NCBI GenBank assembly: GCA_963666215.2 | Contig: CAXWPL010000005.1 | Span: forward strand, 128,001-192,000 | Length of the DNA: 64,000 nt | Source of the DNA: Acidobacteriota bacterium | GTDB taxonomy: Bacteria > Acidobacteriota > UBA890 > WLXD01 | Reading direction: 5' to 3' | In this document: positions 29,550 through 40,593 of the stretch, piece after piece | Position numbering within the stretch: position 1 is the first letter of the stretch | Layout: every line of letters begins with the position of its first letter | The notes under the pieces: generated by a model | The model's input: only the letters and a program-made list of their open reading frames with translations | Told to the model about the DNA's origin: nothing | Databases searched by the model: none | Translations under genes and position numbers: made by a program

Positions 29550-31978
29550 ATAGCCGCACCTTCTGGCTGCGGCTCGGCAGGCACGATCTTGGCGTCTTCT
29601 GGGTACTCGATGCGGTGGTGGTGCATCGCGCTCAGCACCTGCTGGAAGGCCTCGCGGATCTGCGCCAGGTCGCCGAGAGTGATGTCGCACTCATCCAGCT
29701 GTCCGTCGTCTAGCACGTCGCGGATGTTCTTCATGATCATGTTGCGGAGTCGGCGCGGGGTTGGGTCGTCGATCAAGCGCGACATCGCCTCAACACCGTC
29801 GGCCAGCATGACCAGCGCCGTCTCTTTGGTCTGCGGTTTCGGGCCAGGGTAGCGGAACTCGTCCTCTTTGACCTCGCCGGTCTCCGGATCGGCCTGCGTC
29901 TTGGCGCGCTCGTAGAAGTACTTCATCAGCCGCGTGCCGTGATGCTGCGGAATCGCATCGATGAGCGGCTGCGGCAGGCGCTCCTCTTCGGCGTAGTCGA
30001 TGCCGTCTTTGACGTGGCGGACGAGGATCAGGGCGCTCATGTGGGGCGAAAGCTTGTCGTGCAGGTTGCGCCCTGCCTTCTGGTTCTCCACGAAGTACTG
30101 AGGCTGCCGCATCTTGCCGATGTCGTGGTAGTAAGCCGCAACGCGGGCAAATAACGGATTGGCACCGATCGCCTCGGCGGCCTTTTCGACCAGGTTGCCG
30201 ATTACGATGCTGTGCTGGTAGGTACCCGGCGCGGTCATGGACAGCTGTTTGAGTAGCGGCAGATTCATGTTCGACAACTCGAGCAGCTTGACGTCCGTCA
30301 AGGTGTTGAAGAGTTGCTCGAGGGCCGGCAACAGCGCCGAGGCCAGCAGCGCCACTTGGATGCCGCCGAACATGGCCAGGCTCATTTGGAACAGCAACTC
30401 GGTCCAGGGCGGCACCGGATCGGCATACAACCCCAGCGCCAGCACCGCGACGACATTGACCGCGCCAATCGTGACGCCGGTGCGCAACATCTCGGTGCGC
30501 TGCGCAAAACGGCTCATCGCGTACACGGCGGCGAAGCTGCTCAGCATCGAAAAAGCCGCAACGCCGACGTCACCTGTCATCACACCCACAAGCACCGTCT
30601 GCAGCGCTGCGTACACCCAGGCGACGTAGCTGTCGGAAAGCAACATGACGAGCAGCGCACCCATCGCGAAGGGGATGGCGAACGGGTACACCTCGGCAAC
30701 GCTGAGCGGCGGCGCGGCAAATGCATTCGATACCGCGGTGCCAACGAAGAGCATCAGTCTGAAGAGCAGCACCGAGCCCACAAGAACCAGCAGAATGAGT
30801 TGGTAGAGTCGACGGACCTTGTGGAATCGCCAACGGCGGCGATGATGTTGCACGAAGCGCCACAGCGACATGACCACCAGCGCGACCAGCAGCGCTACGC
30901 CTGCGACCCGTGTCTGAGTGCCACCGTCGGACCACTGTTCCTCGATCGCCCGCAGCTCGGGCAAGGAGCGCTCGGTGACCGGATCCCCGGCTCGAAGGAT
31001 TGTTCGGCCACGCTTGAGCAGATAGAAAACCTGATCGACGCCGGCGATGGCGTCGAAGCGCCGCTCCTGCGTCTCGTTGCTGTTGTACGTAACGTTGGGC
31101 CTCAACAACGCGGCCAGATGATCGACCACTGAGTCGCGGGCAGGCTGCGGGATCTTCGTGGTCTCGATCACGGCTCGGCGAATGCGTGCGCGCGCCGATT
31201 CCAGATCCAGAAACGCCGACAGATCGTCGACGCGAGTTTCCTCCTGTGTGTCGATGTCGCGCAGCGTCATCGTTCTGGAGCCGCCGAGACTCAGCACCTC
31301 CGTGGTGCCAATCAGCGTTCTCCGAAACAGACTGCGCAGCACGGCCTCGGCGGCGAGCTCGGTTTCGGCCGTGAACCCCTCGTCCCAAAGACGAGGCAGA
31401 AATTCCTCAGGGAGCATCAGACCCGCGACGCTGGTACCGGTCTCACCAAGCTCGCCGCGGGTCTCTTCATCGAGCTCGCTCCATGGAACCGCAGCGTTCC
31501 CCTGCGCGACCGTTGCCAGACGCTCGCGTCCCCAGGCAAAGAGCGTGTTGAGCGAACCGAGCGACGCCCGCCAGGCAAAGGGGTCGAAGTCGTAGATGTT
31601 GTCGACGTTAGCGACGGCCTCGTCGCGCCGACGTTGTGTGGCCTCGGGATCCTCAACGCGCAGCTCGGCCGGCGCGACAATATCGTCGGTCACGATGTCG
31701 CCGACGGCGTAGTTGAAGCCGCGTGATCCCAGGTGCGTCGTCAGCAAGGCGATCAGGCAGAGCCCGGCCAGAACGGACCACAGGTGATCGATTCCCAGGT
31801 AGCGTTCGAAGCGCGCACGGCGACGGCGGCGGCTCGAGGCCTTGGAGCTCTTGGGGGCGATCGTCGAACCGGCCTGGGTCTTCTGGTTCCTCTCGCTCTT
31901 GGAGCTCTTCGGACTCCTCGGCTCCTTCGGGCTGCTCGCGCCCTTTGTGTCAGTCGAACCGTTGTTGCCGCTAGCCAT
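29546..31978 (-). CDS. 7TM-HD (HDIG) membrane phosphohydrolase, PgpH-like
   Basis: Extracytoplasmic domain, 7 TM helices, APGTYQHS, YYHDIGK, FVENQ, QHHGT, FRYPGPKP and MLADGVEA; ATG at 31978. Confidence 0.92.
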   Translation of the reverse strand: MASGNNGSTDTKGASSPKEPRSPKSSKSERNQKTQAGSTIAPKSSKASSRRRRRARFERYLGIDHLWSVLAGLCLIALLTTHLGSRGFNYAVGDIVTDDIVAPAELRVEDPEATQRRRDEAVANVDNIYDFDPFAWRASLGSLNTLFAWGRERLATVAQGNAAVPWSELDEETRGELGETGTSVAGLMLPEEFLPRLWDEGFTAETELAAEAVLRSLFRRTLIGTTEVLSLGGSRTMTLRDIDTQEETRVDDLSAFLDLESARARIRRAVIETTKIPQPARDSVVDHLAALLRPNVTYNSNETQERRFDAIAGVDQVFYLLKRGRTILRAGDPVTERSLPELRAIEEQWSDGGTQTRVAGVALLVALVVMSLWRFVQHHRRRWRFHKVRRLYQLILLVLVGSVLLFRLMLFVGTAVSNAFAAPPLSVAEVYPFAIPFAMGALLVMLLSDSYVAWVYAALQTVLVGVMTGDVGVAAFSMLSSFAAVYAMSRFAQRTEMLRTGVTIGAVNVVAVLALGLYADPVPPWTELLFQMSLAMFGGIQVALLASALLPALEQLFNTLTDVKLLELSNMNLPLLKQLSMTAPGTYQHSIVIGNLVEKAAEAIGANPLFARVAAYYHDIGKMRQPQYFVENQKAGRNLHDKLSPHMSALILVRHVKDGIDYAEEERLPQPLIDAIPQHHGTRLMKYFYERAKTQADPETGEVKEDEFRYPGPKPQTKETALVMLADGVEAMSRLIDDPTPRRLRNMIMKNIRDVLDDGQLDECDITLGDLAQIREAFQQVLSAMHHHRIEYPEDAKIVPAEPQPEGAAI

Positions 31979-32980
31979 CGCCAGCACGCCCGCGGCTGCC
32001 GGCCTCAGAAGCTTGCTGGCGCTCCGCGCGGTCATAAGCGGCGACGATCTTACGCACCAAAGGATGTCGAACCACGTCGCGTCGATCGAACTCGACGTGC
32101 TCGATGCCCTCCACGCCCTCGAGAACCCGCGTGGCGTCGACAAGGCCCGACGGGTGTCCGCTGGGCAGATCAACCTGAGTGATGTCGCCGTTGATCACGG
32201 CACGCGACCCGGTACCGATGCGGGTCAAGAACATCTTCATCTGCTCGGGCGTCGTGTTCTGCGCCTCATCGAGGATGACGAAGGAGTCGGACAGCGTGCG
32301 GCCCCGCATGAAAGCCAACGGGGCGATCTCGATCTGGCTGCGGTCAATCAGCCGGCCGACCCGATCGAAGTCCATCAGCGCGTACAGCGCGTCGTACAGC
32401 GGCCGCAAGTAGGGATTGACTTTCTCGTACATGTCGCCCGGAAGAAACCCCAGCTTCTCCCCAGCCTCGATCGCAGGACGCGCCAGGACAATCCGCCGCG
32501 CCGCGCCGGCGTTGAACGCCTCGAGCGCCAGCGCCATCGCCAGAAAGGTCTTGCCGGTTCCTGCCGGACCAATGGCAAAGACGATGTCCTGGGCGCGAAT
32601 CGCCTCGATGTAGAGCCTCTGATTCGGCCCCTTCGGGCGCACGAATCGACCCTTCGCGGTTTGAACCTCGACATCGGCAAAGCCTTGCAGCGAGGTCGCC
32701 GGGGTCTCGGCAGCCACACGTGCGGCGGAACGCACCCGGTCGGCGCCGATCGTTTCCCCCCGTGATGCCAAAACACCCAGCTCGGCGATCACACGCGCCG
32801 CGACCTCGACACGATGCTCCTCGCCTTCGAGGAACACCTCGTCGTCACGGGCCGAAATCCGCACCTCGAGATCCCTTTCGAGAACACGCAGATTGTCGTC
32901 GTGGGCACCGAACAGGCTCTGCGAGACGCCAGCGCCCAGTCGCAAGCTACGAGTCGGAGCCGCGCGCACCTTGGTGCTGC

Positions 32981-32984
<4 letters not shown>
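31971..32984 (-). CDS. phoH: PhoH-family ATPase (YbeZ)
   Basis: GPAGTGKT, LGFLPGD, APLAFMRGRTL, DEAQN, GDITQVDL and VVRHPLV. Confidence 0.95.
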
Positions 32985-34834
<1,850 letters not shown>

Positions 34835-34898
34835 GAGTCAGCGTTCCTCTTGCCGTTTCCTGGTGTGAGTCCGAGTGAAGCGAATCAAACCGAGCCCG

Positions 34899-35774
34899 TC
34901 ACAGCGTCTGCCGTACACGGAGCACTTCCCCGCTGATGAGCACGCGCGTCTCACCCTCACAACGCACGCGCAGACCGCCGCGCTCATCGAGACCCTCGGT
35001 CACCCCCTCGATTGTCTCGGAGCCGGTCTGTACGACAACTCGGCAACCGCGGGCGCCCGGAGAAAGTTCGAGCCAGCGGCGGCGCACTGGCGCCATCCCC
35101 TGGCAACGGCAGATATCGTCCCATGTTGCGAGCCGCAACGCTAAGCACAAAGCGAGCTCGGCGAGATCGATCGCATCTCCTGATGCCGCCCGCAGGCTGG
35201 TGGCGCGATCGATCAGATCCGGCGGAAAGTCGCGCTCGTGGTGGTTGGCGTTGATGCCAATGCCACAAATCAGAACGTCGAGGGTGCCGCCAGTCCCCTC
35301 CCCCTCCACCAGCGTCCCCGCCAACTTACGGTCGCGCCAGTCACAATCGTTCGGCCACCGCAGCTCGACTCCTTCCGGCAGCCACGCGGCGACGGTCTCG
35401 GCGACGGCGATGCCCGCGGCGAGCGGCAACGCAGCGGCGTACTGAGTCGCGCCTGCGCCGCGTGGAGGCCGGAGTACGAAGGCCGCGTACAAGCCGAGTC
35501 CGGGTGGCGAATGCCAGCGACGCCCCCGACGTCCCCGGCCCGCGGTCTGCTCGCCGGCGATCACGATCAGCCCGTGGTCGGCCCCCGCGGCCGCGGCGGC
35601 GCGAGCAACCTCGTTGGTGGAGGCAACGCTGGCATAGGAGCGGACTTCGCCCCCGAGTGAGCATCCTCGGAGTCGTTGCTGCAGCCGCAGCGAGTCGACT
35701 GCATCGATCGAAATTCCTGAGTCGATCGACTCCGCCGGCGTGCCAGCTTCCGTCGACGAGCTTGGCTGACTCAG
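34899..35774 (-). CDS. birA: Biotin--[acetyl-CoA-carboxylase] ligase without HTH domain; probable CTG start
   Basis: QTAGRGRRGRRW, LRWPND, KLAGTL and GIGIN; the frame stays open upstream of 35564 through SVASTNEVA to a CTG overlapping the valS stop. Confidence 0.85.
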   Translation of the reverse strand: MSQPSSSTEAGTPAESIDSGISIDAVDSLRLQQRLRGCSLGGEVRSYASVASTNEVARAAAAAGADHGLIVIAGEQTAGRGRRGRRWHSPPGLGLYAAFVLRPPRGAGATQYAAALPLAAGIAVAETVAAWLPEGVELRWPNDCDWRDRKLAGTLVEGEGTGGTLDVLICGIGINANHHERDFPPDLIDRATSLRAASGDAIDLAELALCLALRLATWDDICRCQGMAPVRRRWLELSPGARGCRVVVQTGSETIEGVTEGLDERGGLRVRCEGETRVLISGEVLRVRQTL

Positions 35775-38497
35775 CGTTCGAGGCTCCGAAGCCGCTCGTG
35801 CAGCTGCTCGTGTTCCGAGAAAAGCTCTACGAGCCGCGCCCGCGCCTTTTCGACCACAGCCTCGGGGGCGTTCGACACGAACCCCGGGTTGGCCAGACGA
35901 GCCTCGAGCTCGGCTCGCTCGGACCCCACGCGAGCGAGTGCGCGCTCTGCTCGAGCGCGCTCCTGGTCGAGATCGATCGCTCCGGCAAGTGACAGGTATA
36001 CCTGCGTGTCGCCACTGACGCCGCTCGCCATCCCGCTGGTGTCGTCGAGCACGGCCAGCACCTCCAGAGGCTCGGCGCGCACGAGGCTTGCGAGTAGCGG
36101 CGCCACACTCTCCACCTGCAACCGCCGCGCTTCTTCTTCGACGACCAGCTTGACTGGCGTCTTGGTGCGCGGATCAACCCCCAGGTCGGCGCGCAAACGG
36201 CGGATCTCTGTCGCCAGGTCCTGCAGCAGCGCCACCGCCTCCTCGGCCTCCGGATCGGGCCAGCCATCGTCGGCAGCGGCCCACGGGGCAAGCGCAAGCA
36301 GCCCGCGATCTCCAGGAAGCCGGCTCCATAGCTCCTCGGTCAGAAACGGCATGATGGGGTGCAGCGCGCGCAACAACACTTCGAGCGAGGCGAGTAGGCA
36401 GCCACGGGTGGCACGCTGTGCCTCGGCGTCGTCGCCTACTAGAACGACCTTCGACATCTCGAGATACCAGTCGCAGAACTCGTGCCAGGCAAAGCTGTAG
36501 AGGGCGGCGCAGGCTTCGTCGAAACGAAATCTCTCGAGGTGACGCTCCACCTCGCCGACCATCGCCGCGGTGCGCGACAACACCCAGCGATCGGGCAGCA
36601 ACAACGGCCGCGGATCGGCCGCGTCGGCCGACGCTTGCAGACCCTCCTGCCCGTCGCCGCCGGTGAGATTCATGAGGGCGAAGCGCGTAGCGTTCCACAG
36701 CTTGTTCGCAAAGGCGCGATAACCCGTCATGCGCTCGGACGACAGGACCATGTCGCTGCCCGGCGTGCACATCGACGCCAGCGTGAAACGCGTCGCATCG
36801 GTTCCGTAGCGATCGACGAGCTCGAGCGGATTGACTCCGTTTCCGAGCGATTTGCTCATCTTCCTGCCCTGCTCATCACGCACCAGGCCGTGCAGGAAGA
36901 CGTCGGTAAAAGGCACCTCGTCGCGGAAGCGCAGGCCCAACATGATCATGCGAGCCACCCAGAAGAACAGAATGTCGTAGCCCGTAACCAGCAGCTGGCC
37001 GGGGTAGTAGCGCTTCAAGTCATCGGTCTCGTCCGGCCAGCCCAGCGTCGAGAACGGGAACAGGCCCGACGAGAACCAGGTGTCGAGCACGTCGGGGTCC
37101 TGGCGGAGCTCGGCTGATCCGCAGCCACAGGACTGCGGGGCCTCCTCGGCGACCGTGAGCTCACCGCAAGCATCGCAGTACCACGCGGGAATCTGATGCC
37201 CCCACCACAGCTGTCGTGAGATGCACCAATCGCGGATATTGGTCATCCACTCGCGATAGACCTTGACCTGACTTTCGGGATGGAACCGGATGCGGCCCTC
37301 GTCCACGGCGGCCAGAGCGCGATCGGCTAGCGGCTTGATACGCACGAACCATTGTGTTGACACCTGCGGCTCGACGACGGCGTCACAACGGTCGCAGTGG
37401 CCGACCGCATGTATGTGCTCGCGCTCGCCCAAGAGAACCCCGTCGGCGGCCAAGCGCTCCAGCAGGCGAGCGCGCGCCTCGTCCCGATCCATGCCCGCGT
37501 ACGGCCCGGCCGCTTCGGTCATGCGGCCGTCGCGACCAATTACCCGTACCGACGGCAGCTCGTTGCGCCGACCAGCTTCGTAGTCATTCGGATCATGCGC
37601 CGGGGTCACTTTCACCACTCCGGTGCCAAACTTCGGGTCGACAAACGAGTCGGCGATCACCGGCAGCTCGCGTCCGATCACCGGCAACACGGCAGTCGTC
37701 CCGACAATGTCGCGATAACGCTCGTCGTCGGGGTGCACGGCGAGAGCGGTGTCACCGAGCATCGTCTCAGGCCGTGTGGTGTCGACCTCGAGCCAACGGA
37801 CCGGGCCAGCGGCGTCGATGGGCCTCCCATCGGCCGGATTCTGCGCGGCGATTGGATAGCGCAAACGCCAGAGTTTGCCGTTGACCTCGCGATGCTTCAC
37901 CTCGAGGTCGGAGATCGCGGTCCCGCAACGCGGGCACCAGTTGACGATGTACTCGCCGCGGTAGATCGCCCCCTCGTTGAACAGCTCCACGAACGCGCGG
38001 CGCACGGCACACGACATACCCTCGTCGAGGGTGAACCGGAAGCGCGACCAATCGCACGACAAGCCGAGCCGGCGCATCTGTTCGAGGATGCGATCGCCGT
38101 ACTCCGCCTTCCACTTCCAGACACGCGCCTCGAACGCCTCGCGGCCGGTCGTCTCGCGATCGGTCCCCTCTTTGGCCAGCGCTTTCTCCACCACGTTCTG
38201 CGTGGCGATACCAGCGTGATCGGTGCCAGGGAGCCACAGAACGTCGTACCCAGCCATGCGCTTCCAGCGCGCCACGATGTCCTGCAGCGTTTGGTCAAGC
38301 GCGTGTCCCATGTGCAGCTCACCGGTCACGTTCGGCGGCGGGATCACCATCGAGTACGGCGTGGCCGACGACGAGGCATCGGCCACGTGCACCTCCTGCT
38401 CGAGCCAAGCATCACGCCAGCGCTTTTCAACGCGTTCTGGCTCAAACGACTTGGGCATGTCGAACCCGGCGTCGGAACTGGCTCGTCGCTCGTTCAT
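35771..38497 (-). CDS. valS: Valine--tRNA ligase
   Basis: PPPNVTGELHMGH, DHAGIATQ, TTRPET, DWCISRQLWWGH, KMSKS and C-terminal coiled coil; start at 38497 or 38458. Confidence 0.97.
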   Translation of the reverse strand: MNERRASSDAGFDMPKSFEPERVEKRWRDAWLEQEVHVADASSSATPYSMVIPPPNVTGELHMGHALDQTLQDIVARWKRMAGYDVLWLPGTDHAGIATQNVVEKALAKEGTDRETTGREAFEARVWKWKAEYGDRILEQMRRLGLSCDWSRFRFTLDEGMSCAVRRAFVELFNEGAIYRGEYIVNWCPRCGTAISDLEVKHREVNGKLWRLRYPIAAQNPADGRPIDAAGPVRWLEVDTTRPETMLGDTALAVHPDDERYRDIVGTTAVLPVIGRELPVIADSFVDPKFGTGVVKVTPAHDPNDYEAGRRNELPSVRVIGRDGRMTEAAGPYAGMDRDEARARLLERLAADGVLLGEREHIHAVGHCDRCDAVVEPQVSTQWFVRIKPLADRALAAVDEGRIRFHPESQVKVYREWMTNIRDWCISRQLWWGHQIPAWYCDACGELTVAEEAPQSCGCGSAELRQDPDVLDTWFSSGLFPFSTLGWPDETDDLKRYYPGQLLVTGYDILFFWVARMIMLGLRFRDEVPFTDVFLHGLVRDEQGRKMSKSLGNGVNPLELVDRYGTDATRFTLASMCTPGSDMVLSSERMTGYRAFANKLWNATRFALMNLTGGDGQEGLQASADAADPRPLLLPDRWVLSRTAAMVGEVERHLERFRFDEACAALYSFAWHEFCDWYLEMSKVVLVGDDAEAQRATRGCLLASLEVLLRALHPIMPFLTEELWSRLPGDRGLLALAPWAAADDGWPDPEAEEAVALLQDLATEIRRLRADLGVDPRTKTPVKLVVEEEARRLQVESVAPLLASLVRAEPLEVLAVLDDTSGMASGVSGDTQVYLSLAGAIDLDQERARAERALARVGSERAELEARLANPGFVSNAPEAVVEKARARLVELFSEHEQLHERLRSLER

Positions 38498-38694
38498 CGT
38501 CTCGTCTCCGCTCACGCCATTCACGACCACCCATACTGGCATCTGCAACGGTTGCTGCCGACGCGGCGACCACGCTCCTGGCCAAATCGCGCGCTGAGGA
38601 CCGCCCTTCTGGCGGCCAGCGCCGCAAAAGACTACAACGGTATGCTCACCGCTCGGGTGCGCTTTGTATCGGCTACGCTGCCGGCGGAGCCACC

Positions 38695-38700
38695 TATAAT
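38695..38700 (+). promoter_or_regulatory. -10 hexamer TATAAT upstream of rsmA
   Basis: Perfect -10 in the divergent valS/rsmA spacer of high-GC DNA; no clear -35. Confidence 0.5.
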
Positions 38701-38753
38701 TGCCAGGATCTCTTCACCGCTCCACTCCGTTCGCCAACGAGCATCGTTACCCC

Positions 38754-39680
38754 ATGCCTTCTCCGACGCGCCGCTGGGGGCAACACTGGCTGGCGAGCGC
38801 GTCGATCGCCGAGCGCCTGGTCGAACAGATCGGTCCGCGGCCCGGCGATCGCTTCGTCGAAATCGGCCCCGGCCGCGGGGCGCTGACGCTAGCGCTGCTG
38901 GCCCGCGACGCGACCGTGGCGGCCGTTGAGATCGATCCAGAATGTTGCGTGCGGCTGGCGCATCTCAACCAGCCGCGCCTGACCGTGACTCAGGCTGACG
39001 TGCTGACTGTCGATCCGGCCGCTCTGGGGCTCCAACCGCCGCTGCGGATCGCCGGCAACCTGCCCTACTACATAGGCAGCCCGATTCTGCGTTGGACGGC
39101 CAAATACCGCGACCTCGTGGCCGACGGCCACTACCTGCTTCCCGCCGACGTCGTCCGTCGTATCACGGCGCCGCCCGGTGGACGCGACTACGGTTTCTTG
39201 TCGGTGCTGGTGCGCTGGAGCTTTGAGCCCAGCGTGTTGATGACCCTGCCACCCTCGGCGTTCAGGCCTCGGCCCAAGATCGACTCCGCGCTGATGCGCC
39301 TGATGCCCGTGGCCCCGTCCGTCGAGATCCTCAATACGGCCGAAACAGCCGAGGAACGCGAGAACGCTCTTCAAGTCGTCGCCGCGGCTTTCTCGCAGCG
39401 TCGCAAGAAGGTGGCCAACGCGCTCGGGCGCGCTGGCTGGAGCCGCGATGCCGTGGAAGAGGCCTGTGAACAGGCGGGCATCGATCCGAACGACCGCGCC
39501 GAGCGCATTTCGCCCGAGACCTTCAAACGCCTGGCGCAGGGGCTGGCTCGAAAATCGAAGTCCGGTGCGGCCGACCCAGCGACTGAGCAGCCCGAGATCA
39601 TGGCAACCGAGCCCCAGTCTGCTCACGAAAAATCTGCGCACGTGGATGTCTCCCGCGCTACGACCTTGGGTCGATCTTGA
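38754..39680 (+). CDS. rsmA: 16S rRNA m6,2A dimethyltransferase (KsgA)
   Basis: WGQHWL, EIGPGRGALT, AVEID, GNLPYYI, FRPRPKIDSA and FSQRRK. Confidence 0.94.
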   Translation: MPSPTRRWGQHWLASASIAERLVEQIGPRPGDRFVEIGPGRGALTLALLARDATVAAVEIDPECCVRLAHLNQPRLTVTQADVLTVDPAALGLQPPLRIAGNLPYYIGSPILRWTAKYRDLVADGHYLLPADVVRRITAPPGGRDYGFLSVLVRWSFEPSVLMTLPPSAFRPRPKIDSALMRLMPVAPSVEILNTAETAEERENALQVVAAAFSQRRKKVANALGRAGWSRDAVEEACEQAGIDPNDRAERISPETFKRLAQGLARKSKSGAADPATEQPEIMATEPQSAHEKSAHVDVSRATTLGRS

Positions 39681-40507
39681 GCGGCGGGCCGGCGGTTGCG
39701 GCGCTCTTGGGCGCTCTTCAGGGGGCCACCGAGTTTCTCCCGGTCTCGAGTAGCGGTCACCTGGCGGCGGCCCAGCTGCTGGCCCCGGGTCTGTCGTATC
39801 CGGGATTGACAATGGAGCTCGGGCTGCACGTCGGCACCACGGCGGCGGTGCTGATCTACTATCGCCGCCTCGTTACGCATCTGCTCCTCGGTACCGCATA
39901 CCGGCCGGTACGAGCCGAAGACGACACTGAAACCGGTCCTCTCTTCGATCTCGACCGCGGCCGCTGGCTCATGATTCTGCTCTACGGGACGATGGCCACC
40001 GCCGCCGTTGGACTGCTGGCGCAGAGCGCCATCCGGCAGGCCTTCGACAGTCCGCGCTGGATCGCCGCGGGATGGGTGATGACCGGAGTGGTTCTTTTTG
40101 CGTCACGTTGGCGTTCGCTGCGTGGCGCGCCCCTGAGCACGCCGGTAGCGATCGCCATCGGAGCCGCACAGGGTCTCGCTGCGTTCCCCGGCCTGTCGCG
40201 GTCGGGGGTCACGATCACGCTCGCGTTGCTGCTCGGCATACGCCGCGAGCAGGCGGTCGCGTTCTCTCTTCTGCTGTCAATTCCCACGGTGGCCGGTGCC
40301 GTGATTCTGGATGCCGTGCAGACCCTCGCCGAGTCAGCGACGCCGCCGCTCTTGTTCATCGACCTTTCGGTGGCTACAATCACTGCCGGACTGGTGGGCT
40401 ATTTCTGCATCGGCTGGGTGCGACGCGCCACCCACGCGAATCGTTGGCATGCGTTCGCGTGGTACTGCTGGCTTGCAGCAATCGCCTTCCTGATGGCCGT
40501 GCGCTAG
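39677..40507 (+). CDS. uppP: Undecaprenyl-diphosphate phosphatase (BacA)
   Basis: QGATEFLPVSSSGHL, PGLSRSG and FSLLLSIP. Confidence 0.94.
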   Translation: MSGGPAVAALLGALQGATEFLPVSSSGHLAAAQLLAPGLSYPGLTMELGLHVGTTAAVLIYYRRLVTHLLLGTAYRPVRAEDDTETGPLFDLDRGRWLMILLYGTMATAAVGLLAQSAIRQAFDSPRWIAAGWVMTGVVLFASRWRSLRGAPLSTPVAIAIGAAQGLAAFPGLSRSGVTITLALLLGIRREQAVAFSLLLSIPTVAGAVILDAVQTLAESATPPLLFIDLSVATITAGLVGYFCIGWVRRATHANRWHAFAWYCWLAAIAFLMAVR

Positions 40508-40593
40508 GGGCGAAGGCCGGCCGTCTGCCAACGAAGACGTCTCGTACTCCGGTAGAGGGTGCGATCCGCGAACGTATGGCTTGGACGGCTCTT

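Noticed and set aside
38498-38753. T-box leader for valS
   Set aside because: No GGUGGNACC T-box sequence or terminator is seen
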